A DNA stretch of 64,000 nucleotides. Origin: Epithemia pelagica. Lineage: Eukaryota > Protista > Bacillariophyta. The stretch covers positions 186,001 to 250,000 of the forward strand of contig OX337231.1 in NCBI GenBank assembly GCA_946965045.2, given 5' to 3'. The position numbers and the translations under genes are program-made. Below the pieces are notes generated by a model that was not told the DNA's origin, made no database searches, and worked only from the letters and a program-made list of their open reading frames with translations. Positions 1-10,700 of this stretch are shown here, in pieces. Numbering within the stretch: the stretch's first letter is position 1; every line of letters begins with the position of its first letter.

Positions 1-1
1 C

Positions 2-766
2 GGACGAAAATGGCTACGTCTTTGTGCCCCAACCCACTCCCGATCCCATGGGCATGGGCTTTATCAGCATGCTCGGGGTCCAAGTGTATTTTGTTTGGGT
101 CAAGATGAAGGCGCCGACTACAATTATTATTATTACCACAATCAAGAATATTGTTTCTTGTACACGTCCGACTTTGCCGGCGGGTTGCGCGTCTATAATT
201 TGGACAATGGCAGTTTGGTCTTTGACGTGCCCACCACGTATGACGATGGATCGGCCACGGGCGAACTGAGTGTGTACCGGGATGCCATTCATGTCACGGG
301 CTTTACCAATGAAGAGCCGGGCAATGCCGTTGTGCAACGCTTTTCCGCCCTCGATGGAAGTCCCTTGCCCTCCCTGCAATTCAATGCCCACGACGAGGAT
401 ACCGCCTTTTTTCTCCCGCCCAATCCCGCCTTGGTTCGACCCATTGGCATTTTGGCCGTGAATCAAAATCGTTTGAGTGCTGGAACCAAGGGCAAAAAGA
501 GCGGCAAGGGAATGGACGATGAGTCGGGCAAAAAGAAGGGCAAAAAGGATGATAAGGACAGTGATTACGACAGTGACAAGAAAATGAGCAAAAAGAAAGG
601 CAAAGGCAAGGGCAGCATGGACAAGAGCAAGGGCAAAAAAGAGTACGACGACGACGATGAAATGAGCAAAAAAGGCACGGGCAAAATGAACAAGATCCAA
701 GGAAAGGGAGGAAAGGGCAATGACAAAGAGTCCAAGAAATCCAAGGGCTCCATGCCTTACCATTAA
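2..766 (+). CDS. 5'-truncated gene: beta-rich (propeller/LVIVD-like) segment followed by a Lys/Gly/Asp-rich KxxK tail
   Basis: Frame is open from the window edge to TAA at 764-766. Contains LYTSDFAGGLRVYNLD (propeller-blade-like), then about 90 aa of KGKK/KSGK/KMSK repeats. The first ~90 nt read more protein-like in frame 3 (DENGYVFVPQP), so the 5' structure is uncertain. Confidence 0.6.
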   Translation, partial: GRKWLRLCAPTHSRSHGHGLYQHARGPSVFCLGQDEGADYNYYYYHNQEYCFLYTSDFAGGLRVYNLDNGSLVFDVPTTYDDGSATGELSVYRDAIHVTGFTNEEPGNAVVQRFSALDGSPLPSLQFNAHDEDTAFFLPPNPALVRPIGILAVNQNRLSAGTKGKKSGKGMDDESGKKKGKKDDKDSDYDSDKKMSKKKGKGKGSMDKSKGKKEYDDDDEMSKKGTGKMNKIQGKGGKGNDKESKKSKGSMPYH

Positions 767-1101
767 CACGAGTCGGCACCAATCGTATAGTTGTAAGGAG
801 AGCCACACTGGCTCGAGACACGGATCCTAGGCTTGAGCAACTTATCGTACTATAAGTACAAGACTCTCGGTTCTTGTGTGCAAAATTGAAACATTAGAAA
901 AACAAGTTAAGTTCTGTTAGCTAGCATACCTTCCCGGTTCCAAAGCAACTCTGTTGATAGGGGATTTGATACATGACATGCCCGACTGGACGCTGTCATA
1001 CCTGTGTATTCTTTATATTTATCCCGTCATGAAGGGCGACAATCAGTCGACCCAGATGATCCGTTTTCCCTTGATTGCATCCGTATGCAACACGATGCAA
1101 C

Positions 1102-4100
1102 CTATGACGGATTGCTCGTAAACGGAGGTTGGAGCGTGTTGGGGAGTCCATAGTCTTGCAAAAGGTCGGTGTGTGTTTCGTACAAGACTTGGACCTTGCG
1201 AGTGGCCCCCCATTCCGCATAGTACTTCATGGCTTCGTTCATAAAAAAGGACGCATCGGAAAGGGCATGGACGGATCGCAAGAAGGTGGCATAACGTTCA
1301 TTGGCGAGGCCGGCATCTTGCAGAAATCCGCCCCGAACCGACGCGGCAATGGCCTGTTTGTACGCCTGTTTCGCTTGCTTGTCATTCCGTCTCAAAGCCG
1401 CTTCTTCTGCATCCAACAGAAACAGTTCGTGAACCAAGTTCAAAGCTCCAGACCTGACCCATTGTGCGATGCGGGAACGAGCCTTGCGAGCGGCGTTTCT
1501 GTACTTGGCTTGACCAGTTTCTGCGGCACGGACATACAGACAGAGCGCCCGCGAAAAGGGTTCAAAACCATAATAGGCCGCGCCTGACCATGTCTTATAG
1601 AAAACATCGCCCATCTCCAAGGCTATTTCAGCGCCCTTCTCGTACTCGGCAAAGTAGGCACACAAGTTGCAAATGTGATGACGGCCAACCGTATTGAAAA
1701 TAAAGGGATGTCGTTCAATGTCAATTCCGTGCATAGCCGTGCCCGTTAATCCTGTTGTTTGAGGATTATAGGGAGCACCCATCAAATTTAACACCTTTTG
1801 CCACAGCAGGCGCAATCCCAAAACATAGGTGTGAAGTTGAAGCTTCTCCAGTTGAGGGATATAGTTCCGCAAATCTTGTTCCAAACCAACCAATTTGTTC
1901 CCCCCTGAAAAGAATTCGCAAATCAAAAAGAACAAAATCGCCATGCCGACAGCTCCGATGTTCCCAGATAACATTCCAACACGATATGCTTCCAAGTAGT
2001 TCGCACGACAAGTGCGCAATGGCTTTACCCAACCCAAAACAAAGGTATTGATCTTGTGAAGCGTGCTGGATTTGGTGTAGTTAGACCCCAACCGATTTTC
2101 AATACCCAAGGAAATCTCGGCAATTTTAATGGCAGTCCTCCAGTCGCCATATTCATGCATCAACACATTGGCAAAAGATGCAAAGGAAGACGCGGTGTGG
2201 GTGGTCAATCCATAACGCTTGGTCCACCGCACACATTTGCAGCACAACAATATATACAGAGCCTTGTTCTTGGAGCCTAAGCAAAAGGATGCTGCCTTGA
2301 TCATGAAAGCAATGGCCTCACTTTTCATGACGTCTTGAATTATGGGCATGTCTTGAACGTCTTTTGCTACGGGCAAGTAAAATCGTTTTGTTTGTTGCAT
2401 TGACCAGGAGGCCCATAGTTTTTGGCATTTACGCATCCGGGGAAGTGAACAGCCCAGTTGGTCCAAAGTATCCAAACAAATAGACCACAACTCATCATAC
2501 TTTCCGTCACTGTACAACCGTTCGACCACAATGTTGTTCACTCGCATTTTCCCCAGAATGGAGATATGATCTTGTTTTCGAACTTGGTTGCAGTACCAAT
2601 CAGATTTGTCATTATTACCAGCACATTTCTCGACTTCCGCACCAATCGAGTACAATAACAATGTCAAGTACGGATGCTCCTTCCAAGTATCCGTACGGTT
2701 CAAACTCATGATCCCCTTCTCAACATAATGCACCGCACTGTGAAAGGCCGACAACTCGCGGGCTTTTTCGGCCGCCGATGCATTTAACTCGGCCATTTCC
2801 ATACCTTCGTACATCCCATTATTCAGCAAATCGGCAACCACAAACAGCATACTCTCCAAATCTTCGTCAGGAAGATTCTCGTACAAGCATCTACCAACAT
2901 CACTTCGGAATCCACGGTATTCGTCGTCAGGCATGAGCAACATGGCAGTTTCTTGGACCTTGTCGTGAATGAAGCGATACGATGAATCTCCAACACCTTC
3001 AACCAGCATCTCACGAAGGGCAACTTCTAGAAGATCTTCCACACTCTCGGATGTACCTTCGTATTTTTCTCCGAGATGGCCCCATAACAGCTCCACTGTT
3101 GTTATATCAAATGTGCTTCCCAAACAGGCTGCAACAGAAAGAAACAGAACCATGCCATCGGGGTACTTATCAATTTTGACCTTGATCATGCTAACAACAT
3201 TGAAAGTGGCTGCAGTTTCTTGTTCAACCTTTTCTTCGCTCCACGTCCATTGAAAGTTCCCTATGTTAAACTCCAAAATGTTCATCTCATGTAACAGAAT
3301 CAGAAACTCTTTGATAAAGAAGACATTCCCCAAAGTCCTCTTGTAGCAAATGTTTGCCAATCCTTGTGCTTTTTCCGACGAGACCGAAAGTAACTCGACA
3401 ATAAGTTCTGTTACTGCAGGCAATGGAAGATTCCCCACCGATAACTCGGTCAGGTTGTACTCCTTGGTATTACCTGTGGTACCACTGTTGTTGCTGCTCG
3501 AAGAAAATTCGTCTGGTGTCGAGTGTACGTTGGCAGCTTCAATACGAAGCGTTTGTATAGTTTGCGTTAGAGGATGGATAGCATCCACTTCATCCGAACG
3601 GAAACACCCAATTAACATGAGATTGGGAATAGTTTTATCACCGGCAATTGCTTTTATCATATCCAAAGAGGACTGATCGGCCCATTGCAAATCATCAAGT
3701 ACAATGACCACAGGTCCCAATCGAGCAGCAAAAATTTGGAGAAATGTTCTGACGGCATACTGTACCAATTGTTTCAGTTGACTGGCGTCAATTTCAAGTC
3801 GTTTCGGGGGAAACGTGTTCGTCGGCAACGGACTCCCATGTGAATAGCTCCACGAGCTGCTGCTATCGTCGACAGCAGCGCGCAGATGCCTTTGAAAGTT
3901 ACCGACCCGCTGTTGTACGATTTGCTTTATACTGCTCCGACGCGGTTGCCCTCGACGAGTGGTTCGTCTTGGTGACAAACCGTCATTGGTGTCACTCATT
4001 CGTCCTGCTCTTTTACTGCTGGCAGCTTTTGTTTTTGGGTCATTTCGGAACGATAGTTCAGCAGGGACAAAGGTTCGACTGGGTCTTCGCCGCTGCCCCA

Positions 4101-6630
4101 TGTCATCTTCTGCACGATCCCGATCCATGCGAGCTGCTGAAGGAACAACGGGAAGACTAGCCCTTCGTGCAGAGCCTTGATTTGAACTCGGGGTCGAATC
4201 AGACCGAGTTATAATTTGACTATTTCGACGAGCAGGTCGAGACACCGAGTCGGGTTGTGCTTGTACTGGCGTCTGGGACGATTTTTGATGTGAAGATTGA
4301 ACCCATTCCGACGACGATCGGGTAAACAATTGAGTGCGTCGATGACGCCCTACCTTTGTTGATGTCTCCGTAATGGGACTTGATTGGTTTGGTTGTCGAT
4401 GCAACTGTTGCTGTGATTGGGTTGGATGATCCGAGGAATCCATGGTTGTGGTTGTGGAAGGCAATTTGTGGAACAAATGACGACTCATGAGCCGTTTGAT
4501 TTCTCGAAAACCGTGGTTGGCCGGTGGAGTTGCGGAGGGACCTTGTTTACTGGCGCTCGACGAGTCACCGTCCGATCGTGGTTCTTTCTCGGGTAACTTT
4601 GTTCCTTCACTCTTGGGTGGTGTCGTTTCCATAATTGTACCCGTCAACTGATCCGAACACGATGGATTGGCTAGTACCACATGAAGTAAAGGAATGATAT
4701 GTTCCAGTACATCTAACAGAGGTTTGTCCAAACACGAAACAAGTTCAGTTCGTATCGATCTCACCATTGCTTCCGCGGCCGCAGCAGATGCCGTAGGATT
4801 TTTGTGTTTTCCCCATCTCCTGGTACCACTCGCTCCGGAGGTGAGTGATGGCTGTGTGGAGCTCGTTGGCAATGACGGTGTTTGACGAAAATACAAAATT
4901 TCGCGACACAGTTCATTGCACGCCAATCCAATACCGGACAACGGTTGTTCCTTGAGCTGAATATCATATTTCCCTCGCACCAAGATTCCCCCCATACGAT
5001 GAACGACTGTTTCCTTGAGAGTGTTGGTCAAACTTGATTTTCCCGTTCCCGAAGGACCCCCAATCAACACCACTTCCTTGCGTTGCGAGGTCAATACTGG
5101 ATACGGATTGAAGCCGGATGATACAGAAGCTACATTGACACTCATACCACCTTGACTCGAGGTACTGCTTCGTAGACTGCTGCGATTCGGACTTGCCACA
5201 GACGACGACGAGGATGACGACTCTTTCGTGTTGTGCGGTGGATCCACCAGGGCACGTCCAACGAGCCGATGCAAACAGTTTTGCAAAACTTGTGTTTCGG
5301 CATGGCGTCCCACCAATCCTAGTTTTTCAAATTTGAGTTTGTTAATCGAGGTAAAGGCGGAAGCCAACTTGGATTGAGCTTGCAACTCGAGACTCGATCG
5401 AACCAAGGTCACTTCGGGAGACATTCGACTGGCACTACCCATACTCGATTGGCTTGTAAGCGGGCCGTGTGTCGGAAATGGCAAACTATGATGAGTGGCA
5501 TTCCAACTGGACCGTGTCAAGGACGATGTGACGCTGCTCGGTGGTACCAGGACCATCATACCAGGGGAAGATGCCGATCGGCGCCCAAACGACGATCTCA
5601 GATCCGAAGAATCTTGAATATGTTGATGTTGGTTCTCTTGCACAAGCAAATGACTTTGACGACGAGACAATTGCCGTGGGGCAGGCCACAACATTAACGA
5701 GCGCGGTGGACCTCCAGTTTCGTCGTCTTGGCCTTCATCGTCTTGTTCATTGCCGAGAGCTGGTTCATCCCGAACCAAGTCAGGGTGACCTTGTCGATCC
5801 TCCTTTGCAGCACTGACAGGAACTTGAACTTGCCCTGATTCATCGGCACTCGCATCTTTGGGTTCGTTCGCATCATCTGGTTGCGAGTCTTGTTGTAAAG
5901 ATGAGTTGGAATGCCGCAACAAGGACCTTCTTCGGATGGTGACAGATGCCAAGGAGAGACTACTGCTACTTTCAACCACCATCGTCGATGCAACAGCAGG
6001 AGCACTATCCATCTCCGTGTTAGATGTCGCCGTTGTGTCGTTGGCCACAATAATGCGACGTGTCGTTTCTGCTGGTCCTTGGATGGATTCATGTCCCTGC
6101 TGATTCCCTTGTTCTTTGCTATCGTTTTGTTCATCCTGTGGACAATTTTCTCCTCCGTGTTCGTCCTCATGTTGCTCTTGTTCCTGACCTGTAGCACTGC
6201 GGAGAGGAAGTATTGCGTCATTCGTTTCACCCCCCTCGCTGTTTTGATGATCATGAGGAGTAGAGGGAGGTTGTATCTCGGAATCGCCCGCTGGTAGGGA
6301 CGTCATGACAGTGGAAACATCACTCTCTGTGGGCCCTTTTCTCCATACTGGTGCTTCTGCTTGCGACGGGTGCTCAAACACAATTTCTTCCTCAACTGGT
6401 TGGTTATTAGTGACAACCTGAAGTATTGGAAAGACAGCCTCATTGTCGTCGTCTTGTTGATTCTGTATCGGATCCATGCTGGGTTCGTCCATCTTTGATG
6501 AAGGACGGTCCTCAACGAGTCCTTCATTGTGTGCTGTCACGAAATCGGCAGAATCGCTCGTGTCTGAGATTTGCCCTGGACTTGATGATGATTGCGCATC
6601 CTCTTCTTTTTCCTCCTCCTCATGGTTCAT
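1102..6630 (-). CDS. STAND/AAA_16-type NTPase with long disordered N-terminus and C-terminal TPR-like helical domain (copy 1, 1842 aa)
   Basis: Single ORF with ATG at 6630. Pre-Walker motif LVGRHAE, Walker A GPSGTGKS, Walker B IVLDDLQWAD, LIGCFRSDEV, GNVFF, YRFIHDKVQE and C-terminal GGFLQDAGLANERYA...YAEWGATRKV. Confidence 0.9.
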   Translation of the reverse strand: MNHEEEEKEEDAQSSSSPGQISDTSDSADFVTAHNEGLVEDRPSSKMDEPSMDPIQNQQDDDNEAVFPILQVVTNNQPVEEEIVFEHPSQAEAPVWRKGPTESDVSTVMTSLPAGDSEIQPPSTPHDHQNSEGGETNDAILPLRSATGQEQEQHEDEHGGENCPQDEQNDSKEQGNQQGHESIQGPAETTRRIIVANDTTATSNTEMDSAPAVASTMVVESSSSLSLASVTIRRRSLLRHSNSSLQQDSQPDDANEPKDASADESGQVQVPVSAAKEDRQGHPDLVRDEPALGNEQDDEGQDDETGGPPRSLMLWPAPRQLSRRQSHLLVQENQHQHIQDSSDLRSSFGRRSASSPGMMVLVPPSSVTSSLTRSSWNATHHSLPFPTHGPLTSQSSMGSASRMSPEVTLVRSSLELQAQSKLASAFTSINKLKFEKLGLVGRHAETQVLQNCLHRLVGRALVDPPHNTKESSSSSSSVASPNRSSLRSSTSSQGGMSVNVASVSSGFNPYPVLTSQRKEVVLIGGPSGTGKSSLTNTLKETVVHRMGGILVRGKYDIQLKEQPLSGIGLACNELCREILYFRQTPSLPTSSTQPSLTSGASGTRRWGKHKNPTASAAAAEAMVRSIRTELVSCLDKPLLDVLEHIIPLLHVVLANPSCSDQLTGTIMETTPPKSEGTKLPEKEPRSDGDSSSASKQGPSATPPANHGFREIKRLMSRHLFHKLPSTTTTMDSSDHPTQSQQQLHRQPNQSSPITETSTKVGRHRRTQLFTRSSSEWVQSSHQKSSQTPVQAQPDSVSRPARRNSQIITRSDSTPSSNQGSARRASLPVVPSAARMDRDRAEDDMGQRRRPSRTFVPAELSFRNDPKTKAASSKRAGRMSDTNDGLSPRRTTRRGQPRRSSIKQIVQQRVGNFQRHLRAAVDDSSSSWSYSHGSPLPTNTFPPKRLEIDASQLKQLVQYAVRTFLQIFAARLGPVVIVLDDLQWADQSSLDMIKAIAGDKTIPNLMLIGCFRSDEVDAIHPLTQTIQTLRIEAANVHSTPDEFSSSSNNSGTTGNTKEYNLTELSVGNLPLPAVTELIVELLSVSSEKAQGLANICYKRTLGNVFFIKEFLILLHEMNILEFNIGNFQWTWSEEKVEQETAATFNVVSMIKVKIDKYPDGMVLFLSVAACLGSTFDITTVELLWGHLGEKYEGTSESVEDLLEVALREMLVEGVGDSSYRFIHDKVQETAMLLMPDDEYRGFRSDVGRCLYENLPDEDLESMLFVVADLLNNGMYEGMEMAELNASAAEKARELSAFHSAVHYVEKGIMSLNRTDTWKEHPYLTLLLYSIGAEVEKCAGNNDKSDWYCNQVRKQDHISILGKMRVNNIVVERLYSDGKYDELWSICLDTLDQLGCSLPRMRKCQKLWASWSMQQTKRFYLPVAKDVQDMPIIQDVMKSEAIAFMIKAASFCLGSKNKALYILLCCKCVRWTKRYGLTTHTASSFASFANVLMHEYGDWRTAIKIAEISLGIENRLGSNYTKSSTLHKINTFVLGWVKPLRTCRANYLEAYRVGMLSGNIGAVGMAILFFLICEFFSGGNKLVGLEQDLRNYIPQLEKLQLHTYVLGLRLLWQKVLNLMGAPYNPQTTGLTGTAMHGIDIERHPFIFNTVGRHHICNLCAYFAEYEKGAEIALEMGDVFYKTWSGAAYYGFEPFSRALCLYVRAAETGQAKYRNAARKARSRIAQWVRSGALNLVHELFLLDAEEAALRRNDKQAKQAYKQAIAASVRGGFLQDAGLANERYATFLRSVHALSDASFFMNEAMKYYAEWGATRKVQVLYETHTDLLQDYGLPNTLQPPFTSNPS

Positions 6631-7219
6631 TCTTCTTCCTGTTTTAAACTGGATTTGACGTTGGGGAAACGAACTTCATTCCCAGGCAACTAAAACTATC
6701 CTCGAGGAGCAATACAGACCAATCAATCACCTCCAATGAGGCAAACAACAATGGTTTCTCTCCTTGTTCCAAGGTCCAATTGATGACAAGAAAGGTTCAT
6801 CCACACAATTACTTGCAAAAGGATTGCAATCCAATCTGATTTCTCATGCAACCAAACAGAAGTCAATAATCCGTACAGATTGAAGAAAGGATTGTGAAGG
6901 ACCCCCGAATGCCGAAATCTCTGTCGATCCAGAGCAATCCGGAATCCAAGATTTGCAAAAGTGCGTCTGCCAGCTTTCAATCGTCGTCAGGGCCAATCAT
7001 TCAACCGAAACGACGACAACGACGAGAACCAAGTCTCTTTTCTCACACAGAGAAACAGGTAGGGATTCTAAGTAATCAAAAGAAGCAACCAAAACCAACA
7101 GAAGTTGCAATCTTTTGTTGCTTCTCTTCCTGTTGGTGGCTTCGCGTTGTGCTCGACTGATGATGAAAATGGGAAGAGCTCTTTCGTTTGTCGGTGCGCA
7201 ACGGTTCGTGTGCCTGCGT

Positions 7220-7281
7220 TGTGTGCGTCCCGCTGCGTCGCCTTGATCGTTGTGTGCGTCCCGCTGCGTCGCCTTGATCGT
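7220..7281. repeat. Perfect 31-nt tandem duplication
   Basis: tgtgtgcgtcccgctgcgtcgccttgatcgt at 7220-7250 and 7251-7281, upstream of STAND copy 1. Confidence 0.95.
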
Positions 7282-7784
7282 ACGCCGCACGGACGACTTT
7301 ACTTTACACTTCTCTGTAGTACTTTCTAGCAATAGAGTGAGTATTTCTCCGGCCAATCTGCACAGTCAATGTGTTGGGTCTATCGCAACCGATACGAAGG
7401 CAATATTCAGCTCCTGATTCTCCGAAATCTCCGAACCTTTTCAAACACGACCAAGATCAACACATAACAACAAAATCGGGATTACTTATAGGACAAGATA
7501 TGTCACGGAATTCTGTTGGGTAGATGTAGCTCATCTCACGACTGGAAACGAGTACTCCTAGCAGCATACTCCAAAACTAGGCCATTGAATAACTAGGGTT
7601 CATAGGTTTGCGATCTAGAGATGTGTGCAAAATTTCGACCACTTTTCAACCAAAGCAAAAAACACAAGGAATACAAAAAAACAACTTCTTTTACGTACAG
7701 GAAAGTACAACAACAAATCAGCATTCTTTTGGGCAAAAGCGAAATACAGGAGTTTTCTCGCGTGCGAGGAATCTCGGTTGGTGT

Positions 7785-10700
7785 TTATTCCAAGGCAATG
7801 CTCAACAATCGGTCATGCGTTTGATGGAGTTGCTCCACCTTGCGCATGGCTCCCCATTCGGAAAAATTTTGAATCGCATCCTTGACATGAAAAGCCGCAA
7901 AGGTCAACATGTCCAAGCGAATCAAATACAGGGCATACCGTTCATTGGCAATCCCAGCATCTTGCAAAAAGCCACCTCGAACCGATGCCGAAATGGCCAG
8001 TTTGTAGGCTTTGTGGGCCGCCTTTTTCTGCCCCCGTACAACCGCCTCTTCGGCATCCAACAAGAACAACTCGTGAACCAAATTCATGGCGCCCAACTTG
8101 ACCCAGCGAGCCAGTGTTTTGCGGGCCTTGCGGGCAGCCTTGAGGTATTTGGACTGTCTCGTTTCAATCGCCCTTGCATACAGACATAGTGCCCGCGAAA
8201 AGGGCTCAAAGCCAAAATACGAAGCACCGGACCATGTCTTGTAGAACTCATCGCCCATGGCCAGAGCAATTTCCGCACCCTTCTCATACTCCGAAAAATA
8301 GGCACACAGGTTACAAATATGATGGCGCCCCACCGTATTGTAGATAAAGGGATGCCGTTCAATATCGATTCCATGCATGGCGGTGCCCGTCAAAGCAGTG
8401 CTTTGAGGATTGTACGCAACACCAATCAAATTCAACACTTTTTGCCATAACAGCCGCAACCCAAGGACAAAGGTATATAGCTTGAGTTTTTCCATTTGCG
8501 GAATGAAGTTTCGTAGATCTTGCTCGAGACTTTCAAGTTTATGACTCCCAGAATAGAACTCACACATCAAAAAGAACAAAATTGACATTCCCACTCCTCC
8601 AATGTTCCCCGACAACATTCCTTCTCGGTAGGCTTCCAAATAATTGGCTCGACACGTGCGCAAGGGCTTGACCCATCCCAGGACAAAGGAATTGATCTTA
8701 TGGAGAGTACTGGTCTTGGTGTAATTGGACCCCAATCGGTTTTCAATGCTCAAGGAGATCTCGGCAATCTTGATGGCTGTCTTCCAATCGCCATACTCAT
8801 GCATCAAAACATTGGCAAAGGAAGCAAACCCAGAGGCAGTATGGGACGTCAATCCAAAAAGTTTGGTCCACTGCAAACAGCGACAACACAATAGGACATA
8901 CAATGGCTTGTTCTTGGAACCCAAACAAAAAGAGGCAGCCTTGAGCATGAATGCAATTGCCTCGCGCTTGCCGTCATCTTCAATCATTCCCATCGATTCC
9001 ACTTCATCGGCAACCGGTAAGTAGTATCGTTTGGTTTCGTACATGGAAATCGCCGCACTAAACTTCTGGCATCTCAGTCTTCGTGGAAGTATGCATCCCA
9101 ATTGGTCGAGGGTATCGAGGCACACCGGCCACAACTCATCATACATGCCATCGGCGTAGAGACGCTCCACGACAATATTGGTGATCCTCATCTTCCCTAG
9201 AGCCGGTAAACCTTCTTGCTTCCGCACTTCTTTACAATACCATTCTGATTTCTCATGATTGCCCACACATTCTTCTGCTTCAGCTCCAATCGAATACAGC
9301 AACAGGGTCAAGGTCGGATGGTCTTTCCACATGTCGGTGCAATTCAAACTCATAATGCCCTTTTCAACATAATGTACAGCGCTATTAAATGCGGACAACT
9401 CTCGCGCCTTTTCAGCAGCAGATGCGTTCAATTCACCCATTTCCATACCTTCATACAGCCCGTCGTTCAGTAAATCCGCCACCACGAACAACATGTTCTC
9501 CAAATCTTCATCCGTGAGATTTTCGTACAAACACTTGCCAATATCACTCCGAAACTCAGAAAACTCTTCTTGAGGCATGAGCAACATTGCCGTTTCTTGC
9601 ACTTTATCGTGTATGAACCGGTACGATGAATCATCAACAGACTCAATCAGCATTTCATGCAGGGCGACATTTAATAAATCATCCACGTTTTCGGCCGTTC
9701 CTTCGTACTTTTGTTCCAATTGGCCCCACAAGAGTTCGATCGTTGTGATATCAAATGTATTGCCCAAACAGGCAGCAACGGATAGGAACAACACCATACC
9801 ATCGGTATACTTGTCAATCTTCATTTTGATCATGCTCACGACGTTGAAGGTTGCAGCGGTTTCCTTTTCCAATCGCTCTTCATCCCATGTCCACTGGAAA
9901 GATCCAATATTGAACTGTAATATTTCCATTTGCTGGAGTAACATCAAGAACTCTTTGACAAAGAAGATATTTCCCATTGTTCGCTTGAAACAAACAGTTG
10001 CCAAGCTCTTGGCCTTTTCGGGAGAGATTGATAAAAGCTCCACTATTAGATCTGTCACAGCCAAAAGGGAGAGATTGCCCACGCGGATTTCCGTAAAATT
10101 GTATTCTTTTTGGCAGTACCCATTGTCGTCATGATCAACAACACTGGAGCAAGAAGAAGGCGGGGGAGGCATTGCACCGGCCCTCAGCACTTGAATGGTT
10201 TTGGAAAGGTAATGTGTAGTATCCACGGCATCCGACCGGTAACAGCCAATTACCATGAGGTTGGGAATATTCACATCACCGGCCACGGCAGCAAGGATAT
10301 CCAGCGAGGAGGGATCGGCCCATTGTAAATCATCCAATACAATCACCAAAGGTCCCAATCGCGTGGCAAAGATTTTGAAAAAGGTTCGAATCGCGAATTG
10401 GACCAACTGCTTGGATTGACTGGGATCAATGTCCAATCGTCGTCGGGAGATCAAACTGGGACGGGCGAAACTCAACGAACTGCAACTACTGTCGTCGGCA
10501 TAATTTTTAACGGCCGTCGTTCGGACCGCACTGGTGCTGCGACTATACGCACGACTTTTTCTTCCTCCGTGTTTCTTGTACGATGGTACGATCGATGTGG
10601 GGGTCCAATCACTCAGTTTGACATTCATTTCATCCGGTCGACCACCGACAGGGGTCTGGCGCTTTGAAAATTGCATGCTGTGTACAGCATCGCCATCTTC

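Noticed and set aside
14-808. 264-aa hydrophobic minus-strand ORF
   Set aside because: Antisense shadow of the Lys/Asp-rich plus-strand tail.
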